Below, in pieces: positions 38,476 through 49,306 of a stretch of 64,000 bases of DNA. The notes under the pieces were generated by a model, which had not been told where the DNA came from, made no database searches, and was given only the letters and a program-made list of their open reading frames with translations. This DNA is from Selaginella moellendorffii (Eukaryota > Plantae > Lycopodiophyta). A program made the position numbers and the translations under genes. The stretch is from NCBI RefSeq assembly GCF_000143415.4, contig NW_003314362.1:577371-641370 (forward strand). Reading direction: 5' to 3'. Position 1 is the stretch's first letter; each line of letters starts with the position of its first letter.

Positions 38476-40061
38476 ATTTGAAGCCGAATGGAGGCCGTGA
38501 CAATCGAGGCCGGACTCGCTGGCGAATGTGCACTGTGTGTGCAGCGGATCGTAGCAGCAAGGCTACTCTGCCACTTACAGTTGGAGAGTGGTGCTGAAAT
38601 CTCCCGGGACGCCAAGTGGGCTGCGTGTGGGTGGCGGAGTGGGCGGCGGAGTTGGCGGCGAAGTTACAAACTGGGTGTGTCTTGAAGTGGACGCCGATGC
38701 ACACGAGCGCGTTGGGAGCGCGAGTGTGATGCAAGCGCGAGTGGACGCCGATGCACACGAGAAACCTGTAGAGAAGTGAGCGTGATCGCGAGTGGGAGCG
38801 CGATGCGAGCGGGAGCGCGAGTGTGATGCGAGCGCGAGCGCGAGTACAAAGCAAAATGCAAAACCTAACTTCACACGCGCGAAATGTCACAACGGTTGGT
38901 AATCCCGCCACGTCATCATTCCTCGGACTTGGGCGCCACCATTAATTTCTGGATTGCCGCGCGCATGCAAGCATGCAAAATCCAAAAGAAAATCCGCAAC
39001 GTCATCATTCCTCGGACTGCATGCACGCGAAATCCAAAAGAAAGATCATGATTGGGATATCATTTAATACCCTCGCTATATTTATACCATGCATGATTGG
39101 ATATTCCAAAGCATCTTGTATTTCCAAAAATGGCAGATGTTCAGCTAAATAAAGAAATTCTATCTGTTTCTATTTTTCTCTCAAATCAATATTATAGCGT
39201 GTGGGCTCATGCAATTTTGAACCAAAGAAACCCAAAAAACGTTGGACCCAAAATATTTTGAAAAAACCCAAAAAACCCTAAACATTTTAAACCCAAAAAT
39301 CCAGGCGTCCTGTGGCGTTATTCCTTGAATGGCGTGTGGGCGCATGCCATTTTCAGGGCCAAATGCTGAATGGAGAAAAATTCCCTTTCAGTGCAAATGC
39401 TGCAAGAGGCAGATGCCGAGCACAAAGGACTGTAACTACCTCACATGACACAGATAAACTTTTTTCTATTTGGCAAAGATAAACTTTATAGCGTGTGGGC
39501 TCATGCAATTTTGAACCCAAGAAATGCACCAAAAAATTCTCGGCGTCATCTGGCATTATCTCTTGAATGGCGTGGGGCCGCATGCCATTTTCAGGGGCAC
39601 ATAAGAGTATATTCCTAGGATATTCTGACACGCGCGAGATTTTTTTGAGTTTTCTGGAGATCCAACCGTTAGATCGCAACTAGATTTTACAGAATGGTAT
39701 ACAATGTCTTTCTTGATGACCCTGCAAATAAGCATCTCGATCGGACACCACATGAGACCACACGAGCCTTACAATGTTTCAGGGGCATTTGCCATAGATC
39801 CGACCGTTATTTTGCTCCAAGATTTTACAGTTTGGTGTGCATTGACCTTTCCATCGAAACTGCAAAGGGACATCACAATCAGATGCGGGATCACAAGAAA
39901 CTAACTTCACTAACTCTGGTTTCACCAAGATCTACGTAAGGAGTTATGAAATGAAAGGACCCTCTCTATTGAAATGTGTTTATGGTCCTAGGGGCATTGT
40001 GACATATCAAAGGATTTTGCATCAAGTTCTATATTTGCATGTTTATCAAGCTACTGAATTG

Positions 40062-40095
40062 CTAAACCCTAAACCCTAAACCCTAAACCCTAAAC
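40062..40095. repeat. Interstitial plant telomeric repeat, (CCCTAAA) x4-5
   Basis: ctaaaccctaaaccctaaaccctaaaccctaaac. Confidence 0.85.
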
Positions 40096-41190
40096 ATGTG
40101 GCAAATGCTGCGTGAAGAAAGATGCCCTTTCTGGGCAAATGCTGTAAGAGGCAGATGCCGAGCAGATGTATCTCAGGCTAGCGAAGGGGACGAACGAAAG
40201 CTAACTATAAACATGACGGGATGCAAATAGATTACTAGGCTGGTCCTACGAAAATCAAAAACCATAATTGAAAACATTGAAAATGCAAAAAGAAAGGTTT
40301 ATAATATTTTTGAATTTTAGGCAACCAAAGGAATGTAAGTAGGGCATGTGTTTGTAAGTTTAAAAATGCCTCAACCACTTAAATTCCCAAGTAAATAAAG
40401 CTGTTTCTATTTTTGGTACAGGTAAACTTTATAGCGTGTGGGCTCATGCAATTTTGAACCCAAAAATGCACCAAAAAATGCTCGACTAGCATTATTCTTT
40501 GAATGGCGTGTGGCCTTATGTCGAGCATTATTCTTTGAATGGCATATGGCCTTATATTGCCATAAATGGACGTACACACACAGCGTAATTATTCCTTTAC
40601 ACGGCGAATAATCTTGGCGCGGATCGCTGACATGGCATGGCAAAGTTCGAATCACTGACATGGCACAGCTGGATCGAGGCAAGGACATGATGTGACAAAG
40701 TTCAACCTCCGACAGCAAAGTCTAGAAGCTACTCAGTTTGAAATTTGTCAGAGGAGTCATAAGATCTAGTTTGTCAGAGGATTTGATGTGACATTCAAGC
40801 GTGTGTTATTTTTGAATTCTCAAACTCATTCCTAGGTCTATCATTTTTGTGCGCCGTGTTCTTGGTTCCGCTGAGCGCAGTGAGCGCTGCTTGTGTAAGC
40901 GGCGTTGTGGGCTGTGGTTTATGCGTCTACGAGCGGTTGCGGCATTGCGAGCGCCATTGCGAGCAGCAGTTTATGCGAGTTGCGGTGTTGCGAGCGGCAC
41001 TGTCTTTGGTGTGGCTACCGCTTCCTCTTGATATTCGGCACTTGTGCTTCCTGGTATGTTCACCATGGAATGGCTTAGGACCACATTTAGAAATGGCATG
41101 AGGCCACATGCCATCTTGGGCCCTTGCAATTTCATGGCTAGCGTATTGTCATGTATGTTTTTACTTGCCTGCAGCTGTGTGTATATCAAG

Positions 41191-41382
41191 ATGGCATGAG
41201 GCCTCATGCCATCTTTGGCCCCTGCTAGCCTATTGCCATATTCCTTTTGCCTTGCTGCAATTGTATATATTTTTGTATGGGTGACTAGTCACGCACACAA
41301 AAATATATACAGTTGCAGCAAGGCAAAAGGAATATAGCAACAAGCTAGCAGGGGCCAAAGATAGCGTGAGGCCTCATGCCAT
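41191..41382. repeat. 192-bp loopless foldback (inverted repeat)
   Basis: Arms pair around GTGACT|AGTCAC (centre 41286/41287) with few mismatches; both ends are copies of the 22-bp palindrome. Confidence 0.9.
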
Positions 41383-41570
41383 TAGTGGTACCACTAATGG
41401 CATGAGGGCTCATGCCAATTTTGTGAATGCGAAATTTCACGTGGGTGTCAATAGCATGTTTGAATAATGGCATGTGGCCTCATGCTATTGAGGTTGTTTG
41501 GTATGTTATGATTTAGGCCATTCTCCAATCATTTTTTGTATGGTCTTAACTTCTTTTCTGCACTTTCAGA

Positions 41571-44500
41571 ATGGCCTTCAGGGTTGGGGAAAAGGTTTAC
41601 ATTTTGAATGGTGGGAAGAGAGTTGCAAAAGGGACCCTTGTGTCTATGGATCGGAACTTTGTTATACACTGTGAAAGGCTTGGGGAAGGCAATGCTGCTG
41701 TATCAGTAGAGACTGTCTTCGATGGGAATGTGGTCGCTATTGAACGAGGAGAAATGGTCGTCGGGGTAAATGTTGTTGTTGCCTTGAAAAATCTTCAGAA
41801 GAAAGCAGATGTTGGGGACAACGCAAGTGCGACACATGTTCCCTCCGTGGATCTTAAGAACCGTGCTACATGGATTCAGGCAAAAGTGTTTCTAAACAAC
41901 CCCGAGGGGGAGGTGGTAGCTGAGGGCTTAGCCACAGTTGTCGATCCAAGAGATGCGGTTGCTAATCAAGAATTGGGCTGGGATGATATTGGAGTTGCGA
42001 TTTTAGAGGTTGTTGACACAGAAGAAAACAGTCTGACTATTGGAAGCATTGTGCGGTGGAAATTGAGGCACTTAGTGTTTGAGAATGTGAAGGATTCACA
42101 ATCAAACACCACTACAACTGATGACAGAACATCTCTTCATGGGAAAAGAAAGTACACCTTCCTAAAGCGCAGCCAAAGGGATCTGAGCAACGAACCGAAA
42201 AGGCAGAAAATGGCGATGGAGGTTCGAATGGTCTCGACAGTTGCTTGTTGCAAGAGGAGGTGCTATCAACATGTTGATTGGGATGCTATTGAAGAGGAGA
42301 GAGCAAGATACAAGACATTGTCTTGGAAGGCAGCTTGCAATTTTGTGTATGAGGCATTACGGTCATCTGTTGATGCTTCAGAACATCAGGTGGGGGGCAT
42401 GGTCTTCCAGAGGGGTTTGGTCTGCATGAAGGCATGGAGAATCATTTATGGAGTCCCTCGAACCACATTCTACAGAATCAAAACTGAGTTCGAGGAACAA
42501 AGGGTTCAACAGGCAGTCCATGGGAACGACGGTACGCACAAAACCAGGGGTCATGTTGTATATGGAGAGGCAATCTTCAAGAGGTTTGTCGAGACATGTA
42601 GCGAGTAGCAACCACATAAAACCCGCCTCTTGGAAGATGGAACACGAGACATCCAACGAGTTCTCCCTTCCATGTATACCAAGGGGGCCATATTGGAAGA
42701 TGTGAATCGGGAACTCCAGAGTAATGGCTACAGGAAGCTGAGCCAATCTAGATTTAGTAGATTGTGGAGCAACAAGTTCAGGGATGTGAGTATAGGAAAG
42801 TACTCCAGCTTTTCAAAGTGTGACGAGTGCACTGCTATCAAAATGGCTTTGTCGAAGAATTCTTGCAGCGCTCAAGAGCGAGAGACGTTGGTTAGAAGGC
42901 GGCTCGACCACAACATCGAGCAGAGAAGCTGCAGGACTGCATATTATCATAACAGGATTCTCTCCATGGAGAGACCTGACTCTTACCTCTGCATCATCCA
43001 CGACAAAATGGACCAGAAAAAGACGTGCTTACCTCGACTCAATCCTGCCCCCAAGGCAATCTCTTCATCCATGCAGCTGCCTGTGTCTCTGTTTGGCATA
43101 ATCGCTCATGGGCATGGTGCCCAGAACTATGGGAACTTCTTTGTACCTCTATGGGGTGGCGGGGGTGCAAACATGATGATTGCGTCCCTAGCAAAACACT
43201 TAAGGTCTCTGCAAAGTGCGCAGACTGAGCTGAACGGCCAACCCTTGCATAAGGCCCTTGTCGATCGAACCCCATACAGGGTTCAGCTGGAGGAGGAGCA
43301 AAGGCTTGCAGTATCGCGTGGGGCCCCATGCCATCCCAGTGAATATGTTGGCCGTCAGATTGTAGGGTTATCACGTGAGGCCTCATGCCATTCCGACGAG
43401 GCTGGTCGCCTGGTGAATGCACAGCCTCATCCAAACGAAGCAGAATCTCAAGGAAGTTCTTGCGGCCGATGTGGCCTTCCACCCCATCTTCTGCTCCAAA
43501 CAGACAATGCTGGCAGTGAGAACAAAAACATGTACGTCTTCGCGTACTTGGCGATGCTTGTTGCCAAAGGCATATTTGAAACGGTTACACTTGGCTTTCT
43601 CATGGTTGGGCACACTCATGAAGACGTCGATGCCATGTTCAGTCACCTGGCAGAGTCCCTCCGGCGATCCAATGTCCTCACCCTCCCACAACTCTACGAT
43701 GAATTCCAAAATTGCATCAAAGGCACTGTTGAAGCTGCACTTCTGACAGAGGTTCCAGACTTTAAGGGGTTTGTAAGAGGCTACATCAGGGACGGATCCG
43801 AAACGCTGATTGGCCACTCCAAGCCTCTTCAGTTTCATTTCAGCATGTGTGACGGTGCTCCAGTGATGAGGTACAAGATGAGAGAATGGGACACAGTGTG
43901 GCTGCCAGTGGACGGCATTGAACTCTTCAAGAGAGATCCCATAACTGGGGAACCTATGATTCCTCAGGGTTCCCCACGGCCGATGCACCCGGATGGACTC
44001 AAAGACCAGGAAAGTATAGTGGCCGGGATTAGATAGCATATTGCCTTCTGGAAGAGGGGGTTGGTGTTTGGTGGAGAATCCTATTTTCAGAGGTGCAAGC
44101 CTTTGCTCGAATACTGGGAGAAGATTATATCTGCTATCCAAAATGGGCCGGTTGTATATGAAGAATTGGAAGAGTCCTTTTGGCCAGAACCCAGAGCACT
44201 AGATAGTAGCGGAACAATGTCCTCTGGAAATGCAGTGACAGATAACGATGTTGAGGATCACTATTGTGGGCCGAGGAACAAGAAGCCGGATTCAGCATTC
44301 AATCCAGTACAGGTCTGCAAAGGAATGGTCGTGCTTGTCAGACCCAGTAATAAAAAACAAATGATATGGGTGGGGCGCTGCATCACTGATGCAGAGGAGG
44401 ACGCGGAAACTAACTCCTTCAATGTAACTGTGGAGTGGTTCAAGCCAAGTTCCGGATATACGAAGGATTGCCTAGAAAAGAGATGGGTGCTAAATCCAAG

Positions 44501-44639
44501 GGATCCCAGCATGAGCATATCGGTGGATAATGTTGTGCATGGTTGGATGCGGAAGCAGAGTGCCACCATCACCTTGCCAGACCATGCAAGAGATGCAGCA
44601 AGAGCATTCATAACTCGGGTTCAAGGTGAGATTCATTAA
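41571..44639 (+). pseudogene. Sola-like (Sola1-related) DDD/E transposase, one ~1022-codon frame with two in-frame TAG stops
   Basis: ORFs 41571..42608, 42630..44036 and 44061..44639 share one frame, with TAG at 42606-42608 and 44034-44036. Motifs: VCMKAWRIIYGV, FSKCDEC, IIHDKMDQKKT.LP, LQTDNAGSENKN, FLMVGHTHEDVDAMFS. The 4-bp TSD fits the Sola superfamily. Confidence 0.82.
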
Positions 44640-47600
44640 TATTCCTTTACAAAGTTTCTAATGTATTTTATTTCAAGGTGAACAATCCGAATCTGAATCA
44701 GAGGAGGCTTGATATAGTGTGTGAGGTAAAACAAAGATGATGTGACATATGCATTTACCAATCACACGTGCATAAATCTAATAATATGGCGTGTGGCCCA
44801 TATTAATGGCACATAAACCCATATTGTGGGCTTACGTGCTTTATGTACCATCATTCCCTTGCAGCGTGTGTGTTGGTTTCCTTTTATAACACAACGAACT
44901 CCATATTTTAGGGTGAAGAGCGTTCTCATGGCAAGCACAAAATCTGTAAGTGAGGCAGAAAAGGAGACGGAGAAGGAGATAGGTGAAGATGTAGAATATA
45001 TAAGTCTTCCAAACTCCCCGTACTATACTCCAGGTGATCATTTTTCTGAACAAACGGCAACATTAACAACTATCGAGAACGCCCCAGTAACGTCAGAGAC
45101 AACAATCCAAAGCAAAACAACTGACCCGGAGAAGGATGATAGTACCGCTGAGAGTACCAAAAAGGAGGTGTCCACTAGCGCTTAGGCTTATAATGGCGTG
45201 TGCCCTCATGCCATTTACTTGATCACCAAATACTTTTTTCCCTTTGCACTAGTATATCTTAATACCGGTCTGAGAAATAGAATGGCATGTGCCCTCAGGC
45301 CTTTTACTAAATCACCTTTGAAAGAAATGCAAGCCTCTATGTCGTAAAAAAAAGGTACTAGAGAAATTCCTTAATAATATGAATGTTATTTAGTTTCATG
45401 AAAATACACTAAGGGTCAAATGAGTTAAATGACTTCTCCAGACTAGCAATGCCTCTTGCTACACCTTCACAATTAGATTCGTTAGAAAAAGATAACATTG
45501 AATAATATCTAAATGTTCTCACCATTAAGTTATATGTCTGGCTAATAGGAATGATGTTCATCTTGGAAAGCTCACCACACGCTCAATGAACAAACAAATA
45601 GTGTGTGCGCGCATGCCATCGCTCTTCTTTAGCTTCAGATTCGGCTTGTTCACCTTGACAATGAGATTTATTATACAACTAGATGGACTCAGTCTGGACA
45701 TAAGGTCACCGCGCTAGTCACCATGCCCCAGATATGTCTAGCCCCTGGACAAAAAACATATAATTTCACGTCATTTTCAAATACTTGAAAATTTGTACCT
45801 AGTCCCATTTTACTGAATAAATCCCACTTTAACGAAATAGAGCTTATGGGTACTCTCCCCACTTTCTGCCTTTGAGTGTTCTAGCCATGGGGTTAGAGTG
45901 AGGTTTCATTGAGCCATGCCAAGTATCCAAGGAAATAGTGCTACCTATGATTAGACTGAGAGTATCGACCATTCGATCTTTTGGGGGAACTAGAGCCAAC
46001 TCTTGAACACTTCACCAAGCTACCCCTGTTTATCAATCTGTATTCATTATAGCCTATATTAGTATTTAGATTCGAACTCAAACTCGGTCTCGGACTTAGA
46101 CTTGGTCTCGGCCTCAGTCCCAATTCCATTTTGGACTCCATCTCAGACTCCATCTCAGTTCCATCTCGGACTACATCTCAGACTCCATCTTAGGTGTATC
46201 TTGGATTTCATTTCGGACAACATCTCAGGTCTATTTTAGATTTTTTCTCGAGTCCACCTTGGACTCCATCTTGGACTCTATCTCAAGTCCATCTCGGACT
46301 CCTTCTTGGGCCTATCTTATACTCCATCTCAAACTCCATCTCAGGTCCATCTTAAGTCTTATTTTAGACTCCGTCTCAGGTCCTTTTTCTAGAGACTCAC
46401 TTACAACTTGCTTCATGTTCATTCCCTGAGCACTTTGTTAGGAGTTCCACTCCCACTTTTGACTATCTAAGTTAAAGCTTTTTAGTCCAAATGTGTTGCA
46501 TTTGTTTAGCTTCTACTTCAGCCACTATCAGATACCATTGTTTCAGCTCCACTTTGGGGCTTAAGGATTTGTGTTTCACATATATTCATTATTATCTCGG
46601 TCCCCTTATAGGTTTTTACTTAAACAAACCAAAAATAATTTGTTACACATTGCATATAATTTAATGAATTTATTAATTCAATGTATCTAATGGAAGTTTA
46701 TAATTATAAACATGCTTATAATTTATAAACACAAGATTAATCTTATTAAATATCAACAATTAGATGGTAGAATAAACTAGAATATAGTAAGAAGTGTTTA
46801 AGAAAGTTTATAAATTAGAAATACAAAATTTATCTAAATGAATAATAAATTGTTTTATGTTGCATATAACAACACTTAGTTTGCTTAATAGTAGTGTTAT
46901 TCTTGCCACTAAGATTAGATATTGGTAGTTCACACAGATCTAAATACTATTAAACTTACTAAAATACCTATTTAATAAAAATATTGCCACTAACTTAATA
47001 GAATATTCTTTAGCGTGCTAGAATATTCTTAATATTCTTGTCAATGGTAATGGTTCTCTTGGCTCCCTGTTGACATGGCTCCCTATATTGGCAGATTCAT
47101 GTATGGTTGTCTGTTGGGAAGAGGTAGATCCTTCAGGATTTCTGCCACAGCTTTGAGTGAGTATTATCATTTGTTTGCACCAAGACTCTTTCATGAATCC
47201 ATAGATTTGGTACTTAGAGTTGCCACAGCTTTGAGGTATGTAACTAGTCTTTGAAATCTTCAATTCAATATTGATGTGGATTGATGCTAGAGGAGTCTTG
47301 GGTTTAGAGATTCAGGTATGTCCAGCTTAGTATGTAAGAGTTCACTGTTTCACCTGTGGCTTGAACTACCACTACTTTCTACATTGTCTATTATGTTTGG
47401 CAAAGGTAACATACAAATAAACAATGCTGATACTTTATTCTCCAAGACTGCAGCCTCAAATTAATTTCTCTACTAAGCAATACTTGTACAATGCCTTGAT
47501 GGACAATGCCTTTTTATCAGTGAAGTAGTAGAGTTGATGCTGCTCAAAGATTGGACAAATATGCACATGATGCATTGAGAGTTTTGATAAGTAATTTTTA

Positions 47601-48220
47601 TATGTATCAGCTTCAATGTAGGTGCTAGTTATATCATCATTAAAATATACAAAATAAAGAACTATAAATTTGCATACAATAATAATGATAAGATAGTAGT
47701 GTTATTCTTACTTATTAATCCAATTGATCAAATAAAGTTTATAATTATAAGCATGTTTGTAATTTATAAACACAAGATTAATTTTTATTGCATATCAACC
47801 ATTAGATGATAGAATAAAAAAGAATATACTAGGAAGGGTTTAAGAATGTTTATAAATTATAAACATATTTATAAATTATAAATACAAGATTAATCTAAAT
47901 GAATAACAACCGTTAGAAGGTAGAATATCCTAAAATATTGAAGCATATTTTAGGTATATTCACTACTAACAGGTTTGCAGCAAACCAAGATGGTAAAATA
48001 TTCTAGAATATCCAAGCATATTTTATCTATATTCACTATCATTAAACAAACCAAAAATTGATCAGATGCAATGCATCACCAGATATAAACTATGTAATTT
48101 TTTTATAATATTACATACTATTTTGTCATTTTTAAGTAGATGCTTCTTTCACCACGGCACGGCACCACATATGGCAGACTAGTATTTAACTCCACTTGGG
48201 CCCAGTGTTTGTGTGTGCCT

Positions 48221-49306
48221 ATGGCGGAAGAGCGTGTGGCGATTGTAATCGGCGTGACCGGCATCAATGGGAACAGCATCTGCCGCAAGCTCCTGGAGCA
48301 GGGATCCTGGCAAGTCTACGGCACGGGGCGCCGCGATCGCCCCGACTGGCTGCCCAGCAAGGTGAGCTACGTGCAGCTGGATCTGCTGGATGGGGTGGAT
48401 GTGCAGACCAAGCTGTCGCCGCTCAAGAACCGCATCACGACTCTCTTCTGGGCGGCCTGGATCCCCATGCAAACGGAGGAGGAGAACTGCGATGCGAATG
48501 GGACGATCTTCCGCAACACCCTCGACGCTCTGCTTCCAGGCGCGCTCCGCCATGTCTGCCTGACCACGGGGGCGAAGCACTACGTGGGGCCGTTCGATCA
48601 GTGGCAGGATGTGATGCCCGCGGAGGTTCCGTTCCGGGAAGACTCTCCCAGGCTTCCGGTCCCCAACTTCTACTACGTCCAGGAGGATCTCCTGTTCGAC
48701 AGGGTGAAGCAGCACCCGCATCTCACGTATTCGATCCACCGCCCCGGCGCCATCTTCGGATTCGCGCCCAGGAACTATATGAACTGTATCCTGGCGCTGG
48801 CCGTCTACGCCGCGATCTGCAAGCGCGACAAGCTGCCATTCCGATTCTTCGGGAGCAAGGCGACATGGGAGGGCCTGATAGATGCATCCGATGCGGATCT
48901 GATTGCCGAGCAGGAGATCTGGGCTGCCACGCATCCGGCTGCCAAGAACCAGGCGCTCAATACCACCAACGGGGATGTGTTCAAATGGAAGCGCCTCTGG
49001 GCTGTGATCGCGGACGAGATGGGGGTGGATCCTGTCCCGTTCGACGGCGAGAGCTTCAACCTGGAGAGTCTGATGAAGGGGAGAGATGGGGCCTGGGATG
49101 CGCTTGTGCACGAGCATAAGCTGCTGCCGACAAAGTTTCAAGATGTTGGGCAGTTTTGGTTCCTGGATGCAATGTTCGCGGCTCCGGTGGAGAACTTGTG
49201 CAACATGAACAAGAGCAAGGAGCTCGGGTTTCTGGGATTTCGAAACAGCGAGAAGTCTCTGCAGCACTGGATCCAGGTGCTCAAGGCGGAAAAGATCGTG
49301 CCCTAG
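48221..49306 (+). CDS. VEP1: PRISE/progesterone 5-beta-reductase-like SDR, copy 2
   Basis: Closely similar to copy 1. Start placed at MAEERV (48221) by alignment with copy 1; the ORF extends upstream to 48140. Confidence 0.93.
   Translation: MAEERVAIVIGVTGINGNSICRKLLEQGSWQVYGTGRRDRPDWLPSKVSYVQLDLLDGVDVQTKLSPLKNRITTLFWAAWIPMQTEEENCDANGTIFRNTLDALLPGALRHVCLTTGAKHYVGPFDQWQDVMPAEVPFREDSPRLPVPNFYYVQEDLLFDRVKQHPHLTYSIHRPGAIFGFAPRNYMNCILALAVYAAICKRDKLPFRFFGSKATWEGLIDASDADLIAEQEIWAATHPAAKNQALNTTNGDVFKWKRLWAVIADEMGVDPVPFDGESFNLESLMKGRDGAWDALVHEHKLLPTKFQDVGQFWFLDAMFAAPVENLCNMNKSKELGFLGFRNSEKSLQHWIQVLKAEKIVP

Larger units (their letters stand above)
32831..45619. repeat. Dispersed 22-bp palindrome ATGGCRTG-N6-CAYGCCAT, about 28 copies including degenerate ones
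   Basis: Copies at e.g. 32831, 33908, 33983, 35210, 35401, 35542, 37014, 38291, 38351, 38428, 39329, 39567, 41093, 41191, 41361, 41397, 41467, 43313, 43370, 45193, 45282. Confidence 0.92.
32456..45845. mobile_element. 13.4-kb TIR DNA transposon, Sola-like, with cargo gene
   Basis: 24-bp TIR AAGCTCTATTTCGTTAAAGTGGGA at 32456-32479 with its reverse complement at 45822-45845. TSD ATGG at 32452-32455 and 45846-45849. The uninterrupted target GCCTC-ATGG-GTACTC is seen in the homologous LTR (reverse complement of ~27259-27273). Confidence 0.93.
25552..46580 (-). mobile_element. Old solo LTR (same family as 25924-32291) in three pieces, 25552-25923, 32297-32455 and 45846-46580, split by two nested insertions
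   Basis: The pieces join colinearly as the reverse complement of the younger LTR, with TG...CA ends. 5-bp TSD TATAT at 25547-25551 and 46581-46585. Confidence 0.85.

Noticed and set aside
42606-44036. Programmed readthrough or RNA editing of the transposase TAG codons
   Set aside because: C-to-T decay is simpler, since the cargo gene shows the same type of stops, and U-to-C editing is an organellar phenomenon.
44826-45185. Acidic, Thr-rich ORF downstream of the transposase
   Set aside because: Low complexity with no motif. It may be a terminal exon, but it cannot be supported as a gene.
48179-49267. Long antisense ORFs over the VEP1 copies (also 23271..24236) and over the PPR gene (50635..51549)
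   Set aside because: Expected shadow ORFs of GC3-rich genes; no recognisable motifs.
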